Source: Candidatus Omnitrophota bacterium (lineage in GTDB: Bacteria; Omnitrophota; Omnitrophia; Omnitrophales; Aquincolibacteriaceae). Taken from it: a DNA stretch of 64,000 nucleotides. The stretch lies in NCBI GenBank assembly GCA_022711115.1, contig JAKLFP010000008.1, forward strand, positions 6,617-70,616, in the 5' to 3' direction. The position numbers were made by a program, and so were the translations under genes. The stretch's first letter is position 1. Every line of letters starts with the position of its first letter. Of this stretch, positions 58,364-64,000 are shown piece by piece. The notes below the pieces were generated by a model that made no database searches, had not been told where the DNA came from, and worked only from the letters and a program-made list of their open reading frames with translations.

Positions 58364-59281
58364 CTATTTTTTTAAAAGATAGTTTTTAACGTAATCTAGG
58401 ATTCCTTCACGCGTGGTGTATTGACATCGGAAACCGGTCATTTGTTCATGATAGCTCATGTCCGCTTGCGTGAAATTCTGGTAGAAGCTGTAGGGATTAT
58501 CGAAAAAGTCGGGTTTTAAATTTGTGCCAAGAGCCTCATTCAGAGCGTCGACAATCTCGTTGAACGAAGTGGCTTGTCCGGTACCGAGGTTCAGCACGGT
58601 ATTTGCTTTTGCTTGGTGCGCCATCAGGGTCGCTGTCACAACATCTTTCACATAGATATGATCGCGCTTTTGCTCCCCCCATTTGAAAATTCGAGGTCTT
58701 TTCCCGGTCATCATCTGAAGTGCAAGCTGATAGATCATGCTGGAGGCATGTCCCTTGTAATATTCTCGGGGTCCGAAAACGTTAAAAAAGCGAAGACCCA
58801 CCACCTTGATTTTGTGGTTATAGGTGCGTGCAAGCTGGTCCATGATCCATTTGGAATAACCATAAATATTGTTAGGATGACCCGCATCTGATTCTTTGAT
58901 TGGTCGGTCCATGCTGCCGTAGGTCGCGGCAGAGGAGGCGTAAACAACGATGGCTTTTTTCTCGACAGCCAAATCCAGGATGTTTCGAAAACCCTCGACA
59001 TTGTCATGCATCATCTTCTTTTCGTCGAGAACGGTCGTATCTGTGATAGATGCCATGTGGTAGATGATGTCGAGTTTCTGAGCTTTGGCCCAAGATAGCC
59101 AGGACTTGTCCGCGCAGTCGTAAGCGAGGATATCTCCTTTGAAGCCCAATAGGTTTTTGAAACAGGAACTCCGGAAATCCTCCAAGATCGTGATCGTTGC
59201 TTCGGGGAAACGCAACTGGAGCTCCAAGGCAAGATTCGAGCCGATAAAACCCGACCCGCCAGTTACAAGGATATTTTTCAT
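58364..59281 (-). CDS. hldD: ADP-L-glycero-D-manno-heptose-6-epimerase
   Basis: 305 aa. ILVTGGSGFIGSN, YASSAATYG, YGYSK, FRFFNVFGPRE, FTQADM. Collinear with E. coli HldD motifs. Confidence 0.8.
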   Translation of the reverse strand: MKNILVTGGSGFIGSNLALELQLRFPEATITILEDFRSSCFKNLLGFKGDILAYDCADKSWLSWAKAQKLDIIYHMASITDTTVLDEKKMMHDNVEGFRNILDLAVEKKAIVVYASSAATYGSMDRPIKESDAGHPNNIYGYSKWIMDQLARTYNHKIKVVGLRFFNVFGPREYYKGHASSMIYQLALQMMTGKRPRIFKWGEQKRDHIYVKDVVTATLMAHQAKANTVLNLGTGQATSFNEIVDALNEALGTNLKPDFFDNPYSFYQNFTQADMSYHEQMTGFRCQYTTREGILDYVKNYLLKK

Positions 59282-59391
59282 AGATTCACATCATAGCGAA
59301 AATTTCCGAAAGTTCAAATCTAAAATGACGGAAAATTCACCGTGCCTTTTTTATAGGAGTTTTTGCTTACAAGAGAAACATTTAAAACTGT

Positions 59392-59709
59392 TTAGAGGAA
59401 AAAGAAAGGAGCATATTTCGCATACGGAGCGGCTTCTTTTGCTGCCTGTGATGCGGTAGCTGCTGTGCCTTGCGCCATTTCGCCCACACCTCCAATGATG
59501 TTCGTCACTGTCCGGGCAGTTCCGGTCATCACGCCGCCCACCATACTGATAGGATTCAAGCCTCCTTGAAGCATTGCTTTTGGAATTTCGAAAGGAGCTA
59601 ATACGATTTGTTTAAGACCATTTGCCATTCCAGCATAAACAGACGGCCCCATCCATATGAAAGAGGAACCCAAGAATGCCAGACATAAAAATAGTTTTTT
59701 CACTCTCAT
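59392..59709 (-). CDS. hypothetical small secreted protein (105 aa)
   Basis: Signal peptide MRVKKLFLCLAFLGSSFIWMGPSVYA. Gly/Ala-rich body. Confidence 0.45.
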   Translation of the reverse strand: MRVKKLFLCLAFLGSSFIWMGPSVYAGMANGLKQIVLAPFEIPKAMLQGGLNPISMVGGVMTGTARTVTNIIGGVGEMAQGTAATASQAAKEAAPYAKYAPFFFL

Positions 59710-59879
59710 GGTAAATAACTATCGGCCATTACGGAGATTTCTATACGGCATTATACTTAATTTGAAATCTTTAGCGTAAGTATTTTGAGCTTTGTAAAAA
59801 GATTTTGTCAGATAGCAAAAAATAGTCTACCATCCAATAGAAGCCCTTTTTATTTTAACTTTCAAAAAACGGATCACTG

Positions 59880-60941
59880 ATGGAGTCTGATTCTCAAAAA
59901 GGATCGTTAAAAATCCAGGAAAAGCCGCTGTGTCGGCTTTTTGGCAGTTGCGGAGGGTGTCAGTATCAGGATATTTCCTATGCCGAAGAATTATCGCGCA
60001 AAGAGGCGATCTTGAAAGAGATGCTCGGAAGGGAAAACGGCCTTCCTAAGGAGGTTTTCGAGCCGATTGTTCCATCGCCAGAAAAATACTATTACCGGAA
60101 CCGTTTGGATCTGACTTTACGGAAAAGAAATAATGGAGAACGACAGATGGGTTTTATGTTGCCCGGGACGCAGCGACTTCAGGAAGTTACAGTCTGCGCG
60201 ATCGCTCGCAAGGAGATCAATGATTTCATTCCGATGCTTAAAAAAGAAGCCGTAGCGAAACTTCCGGAGAATTACAAAGTAGCGAATTTGGTGGTGCGCG
60301 TTGGCGAAGACGGCCGTGTTTTTTGGGGCGGGATTGGCCGGCGGTCTTTAAACATGAGAGAAGAAGATTACTTTTGGACGCATATCCACGGACGAAAAAT
60401 CTTTTATTCCCTGGACACTTTTTTTCAAGCAAACCTTTTCATTCTTGGAAAAGTAGTTTCACAGCTTGAAGATCTCATTAAGTGGCAGAAAGAAACTGTT
60501 TTTCTGGATCTTTATTCTGGCGTCGGGCTATTTGGGATTGCGCTAGCAGGCCGAGCCAAGGAAGTCGTCATGATTGAAGAAGGAAGCGATTCCGTCAAAA
60601 TGGCCCGTTATAACGCGAGTTATCATCATTTCAGTCACGTCAAAATCCTTGAAGGAAAAGTGGAAGTGCATTTGCCGGAAGTTCTAAAGGGACTTAAAGG
60701 ACAGCCTTGCGTTGGTTTGATCGATCCGCCGCGCGCAGGGCTTGTCCCCTCAGTCGTTGAAACCCTGGCGTATACGGAAGGTCTTTCATCGTTATTTTAT
60801 CTATCCTGCTCGCCGGAATCCTTGGCGCGGGATCTGAAGCGTTTGTTGCAAACAGGCTGGAAGGTTCAAAGGATCATGCCTTTCGATTTTTTTCCCCGGA
60901 CACGTCATTTGGAGGCGCTCGCATGGCTTGTCCGCTTTTAG
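59880..60941 (+). CDS. 23S rRNA (uracil-5-)-methyltransferase RumA/TrmA-family, [4Fe-4S]-containing
   Basis: N-terminal CRLFGSCGGCQYQ cysteine cluster. Class I SAM-MTase motifs (DLYSGVGLFGIALA; DPPRAG). Confidence 0.75.
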   Translation: MESDSQKGSLKIQEKPLCRLFGSCGGCQYQDISYAEELSRKEAILKEMLGRENGLPKEVFEPIVPSPEKYYYRNRLDLTLRKRNNGERQMGFMLPGTQRLQEVTVCAIARKEINDFIPMLKKEAVAKLPENYKVANLVVRVGEDGRVFWGGIGRRSLNMREEDYFWTHIHGRKIFYSLDTFFQANLFILGKVVSQLEDLIKWQKETVFLDLYSGVGLFGIALAGRAKEVVMIEEGSDSVKMARYNASYHHFSHVKILEGKVEVHLPEVLKGLKGQPCVGLIDPPRAGLVPSVVETLAYTEGLSSLFYLSCSPESLARDLKRLLQTGWKVQRIMPFDFFPRTRHLEALAWLVRF

Positions 60942-61516
60942 CAGAAAAATATGAAGAGATCGCATACAAAAAATTTTTTGGTAATGTCAACCCTGTGGAA
61001 ATCGAAATCGGATGCGGGAAAGGAAAATTCCTGATGAGACGTGCCGAAGAAAATCCGGGGATTAATTTTATCGGGATTGATCGTGTTGAAAAATGGATGA
61101 AACGGCGGAAACAGCAATCGGAAAAAAAAGTCATTTCGAATATCCGTTTTATGAAAGCAGAAGCTCGTGGTTTTTTGACGGATGCAATCCCACAAACAAG
61201 TGTCTCTGTCTTTCATATTTATTTTCCGGACCCGTGGCCGAAGCGACGGCATCACGGCCGACGGGTGATCAATACGGACTTTTTGAGGTTGCTTCATGCG
61301 AGACTTAAGGTTGGGGGACTGATCGAAATCGCGACGGATGACGAAGAATATTTTATGGCCATTAAAAAATCAATAGCCGCAGCCATGGAACTCTGGGACA
61401 ATGTGAGGGAAACACGGAATGAAAGGATCCTAGACGGAATGAATAAAACGAATTACGAAATGAAATGGGAATCGCAGGGGAAGCCCCTGTTTTATATGGA
61501 GCTTAAGCGAAAATGA
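60923..61516 (+). CDS. trmB: tRNA (guanine-N7)-methyltransferase
   Basis: IEIGCGKGKF and FPDPWPKRRHHGRRV signature motifs. Overlaps the upstream gene by 19 nt. Confidence 0.85.
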   Translation: MACPLLAEKYEEIAYKKFFGNVNPVEIEIGCGKGKFLMRRAEENPGINFIGIDRVEKWMKRRKQQSEKKVISNIRFMKAEARGFLTDAIPQTSVSVFHIYFPDPWPKRRHHGRRVINTDFLRLLHARLKVGGLIEIATDDEEYFMAIKKSIAAAMELWDNVRETRNERILDGMNKTNYEMKWESQGKPLFYMELKRK

Positions 61517-62256
61517 GGATTGCGCATGCCTTGGCCAGCGCCGGACTTGGTTCCAGGAGAAAATGTGAGGTTTTTGTCGCAAATGGGGCCATTTCCGTCA
61601 ATGGAGAAGTAGTCCGCGATCTCGGTCGGCAAGTGGATTTTAAGCAGGATACCATTAGGTATCGAAACAAAGTGCTTCAAGCTGCACCCCACGTCTATTA
61701 CATTTTAAATAAGCCGGAAGGTTATGTCGTGACAGCTCAGGATATCCATGCCAAGAAGACGGTTTTTGAACTTCTGCCGCATCAGCTTGTTAATCAGACG
61801 CGTCAATCCTCAACGAATCGTGTGCGTGTTTTTCCGGTAGGCCGGTTGGATAAAGATTCATCGGGGCTTTTGCTTATGACCAATGATGGGGAATTGGCCA
61901 ACCGGTTGATTCATCCGCGTTTTCATGTTGAAAAATGGTATGAGGTCAAGTTGAACCGTGCGTGGATGCCCCAGGACCGGAATAAAATACTGAACGGTTT
62001 TCATTCTTATGACGGAATTCTGAAAATAGAAGACATAAGACCGATCTCAACACGAGCGCTTCTGGTGGAATTGCGTGAAGGAAAAAAACGGCAGATCCGG
62101 AGAGTATTCAAACATTTCGGTTATGAAGTGGTATATCTAAATCGTATTTCTTTCGGGCCATTGAAACTCGGCAAGCTCGGCTTGGGCCAAGGCCGTTTTC
62201 TAACGTCAGTAGAAGCCAAGGAACTCCGCAAGGCTGTGAATGTCGACGTTGCTTAA
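61513..62256 (+). CDS. pseudouridine synthase, RsuA/RluB family (S4 domain plus catalytic domain)
   Basis: S4-like N-terminus. GRLDKDSSGLLLMTNDG catalytic Asp motif. ATGA overlap with the trmB stop. Confidence 0.8.
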   Translation: MRIAHALASAGLGSRRKCEVFVANGAISVNGEVVRDLGRQVDFKQDTIRYRNKVLQAAPHVYYILNKPEGYVVTAQDIHAKKTVFELLPHQLVNQTRQSSTNRVRVFPVGRLDKDSSGLLLMTNDGELANRLIHPRFHVEKWYEVKLNRAWMPQDRNKILNGFHSYDGILKIEDIRPISTRALLVELREGKKRQIRRVFKHFGYEVVYLNRISFGPLKLGKLGLGQGRFLTSVEAKELRKAVNVDVA

Positions 62257-62259
62257 AAT

Positions 62260-62493
62260 CTATTCTTCGATTTTTTTCTTCTGCGGGTGATAAAAAAGAC
62301 GCTTTTTGGTGCCCGCGCCTTTCACGATTACCACAAGGCAATTATCGATCGAAAAAGCAGGATGGATCCTGATGGATTCAGCCTTGATGCCTTTGGCTTT
62401 TAAAAAGTTCAAAAGGAATTCCTGTTCAGGTCGGGCCATCAGGCATTCCATCTCCAGGTAATCGCGGACGACATATTCCAGTTCGTTATTCAT
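62260..62493 (-). CDS. hypothetical small protein (77 aa)
   Basis: The supplied ORF goes to 62532. The ATG at 62493 has an AGGAG RBS 8 nt upstream. No recognisable family. Confidence 0.35.
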   Translation of the reverse strand: MNNELEYVVRDYLEMECLMARPEQEFLLNFLKAKGIKAESIRIHPAFSIDNCLVVIVKGAGTKKRLFYHPQKKKIEE

Positions 62494-62591
62494 GGTGTTT
62501 TCTCCTCTTGGAATTTTTTCAATTTCAACCATACCTGATGATTCTCAGTCATGACAGAGCTGGAGAAAAATTGCGTTCTCCGAAATCATTT

Positions 62592-62743
62592 ATTGATAGA
62601 TTATAAAATATTATTAGTAGATTATTTGTTTATTGTGGACATAATTTTTTTTGGATTGCTTGTGAAATAACCATCAAAATAAAGTTTGACAATGAGCGGA
62701 AAAGTGAATATCATTATATCTATTAATCTATAGGATTGATAGA
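62592..62743 (+). promoter_or_regulatory. AT-rich control region with repeated ATTGATAGA motif upstream of, and abutting, the Rrf2 regulator start
   Basis: ATTGATAGA occurs at 62592-62600 and again at 62735-62743, 3 nt before the Rrf2 ATG. Additional TAGATTAT repeats. Confidence 0.3.
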
Positions 62744-62745
62744 CT

Positions 62746-63198
62746 ATGATATCTAAGAAAACAAAATACGCTCTTAAGGCAGTACTTTTTTTAGCTGAGA
62801 AATATGCAACCAAAGAACCGGTTCTTATTGCGGAGATCGCACAGAAAGAGTCGATTCCAAAGAAATTCCTTGAATCGATTCTTCTTGAGTTGAAGAATAA
62901 GGGGGTTCTCCAAAGCCGTAAAGGCAAAGGAGGGGGGTATCTTTTGGCGAGGGGACCGAGTCAGATCAGTTTTGGGGAAGTGATCCAGATTTTTGAAAAT
63001 CCTTTCGCCCTGCTTCCTTGTCTGAATCAAGGACCAAGTTATCGATGCAGTGAATGTCAGGTGGGACATGTTTGCGGTATCCATATGGTCATGCAGGAAG
63101 TTTATAACACAACGACGAGCATTTTGAATGTGACGACGCTCCAGGAAGTGAATGATCGAATCCGGAACACGCAACAAGAAGCCATGTACTTCATTTAA
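62746..63198 (+). CDS. Rrf2-family transcriptional regulator (IscR/CymR-like)
   Basis: 150 aa. N-terminal wHTH (TKYALKAVLFLA...PVLIAEIAQKESIPKKFLESILLELKNKGVLQSRKGKGGGY). Cys-containing C-terminus (C..x..C.C....C). Sits upstream of metY. Confidence 0.8.
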   Translation: MISKKTKYALKAVLFLAEKYATKEPVLIAEIAQKESIPKKFLESILLELKNKGVLQSRKGKGGGYLLARGPSQISFGEVIQIFENPFALLPCLNQGPSYRCSECQVGHVCGIHMVMQEVYNTTTSILNVTTLQEVNDRIRNTQQEAMYFI

Positions 63199-63203
63199 AA
63201 TGA

Positions 63204-64000
<797 letters not shown>

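Overview
This 64-kb window is about 50% GC and is densely coding, with almost every gene on the + strand. I found no rRNA, tRNA, CRISPR array, transposase or integrase.

The first 17 kb is one uninterrupted giant ORF of at least 5,682 codons. The frame is open all the way to the window edge, so the true start is probably upstream. It encodes a largely uncharacterisable protein with several hydrophobic helix-like segments. It is punctuated 15 times by a short motif, R-S-E-[M/V/I/L]-R, which is conserved only at the protein level because codon usage differs at every copy. I consider this gene the most likely novel system in the window.

The remaining 47 kb carries about 45 ordinary genes:
- Rubrerythrin, class II fructose-bisphosphate aldolase, an SDR epimerase and a flavodoxin-like NAD(P)H quinone reductase.
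- A 592-aa protein with an HPr-kinase-like P-loop C-terminal domain.
- An 832-aa GH57 glycoside hydrolase.
- Two electron-transfer flavoprotein modules. The first is acyl-CoA dehydrogenase / FixC-FixX-like fusion / EtfB / EtfA; the second is a canonical ETF-QO followed by a fused EtfB-EtfA.
- A complete phosphate-acquisition island: pit accessory protein, pit, a porin, pstSCAB, phoU, and phoR-phoB on the opposite strand.
- Ahead of the porin, pstS and phoB genes there are direct-repeat boxes with 11-bp spacing that resemble PhoP-type TT(T/G)ACA sites, and a strong hairpin sits between pstS and pstC.
- A PHP/EndoQ-like protein, a PDZ protein flanked by two related small membrane proteins, a thioredoxin-like lipoprotein, thiD and a thrH-like HAD enzyme.
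- A HIT protein, DUF4870 and YkgJ-like proteins, an orphan sensor kinase, pilT, an AI-2E transporter, hldD, an overlapping rumA-like / trmB / rluB-like trio, an Rrf2 regulator, and a 3'-truncated metY.

The gene content suggests an anaerobic diderm bacterium. The combination of a giant gene with this content is reminiscent of candidate-phylum lineages such as Omnitrophota, but that is inference only. All functional calls rest on motifs I recognise by eye, not on database searches.
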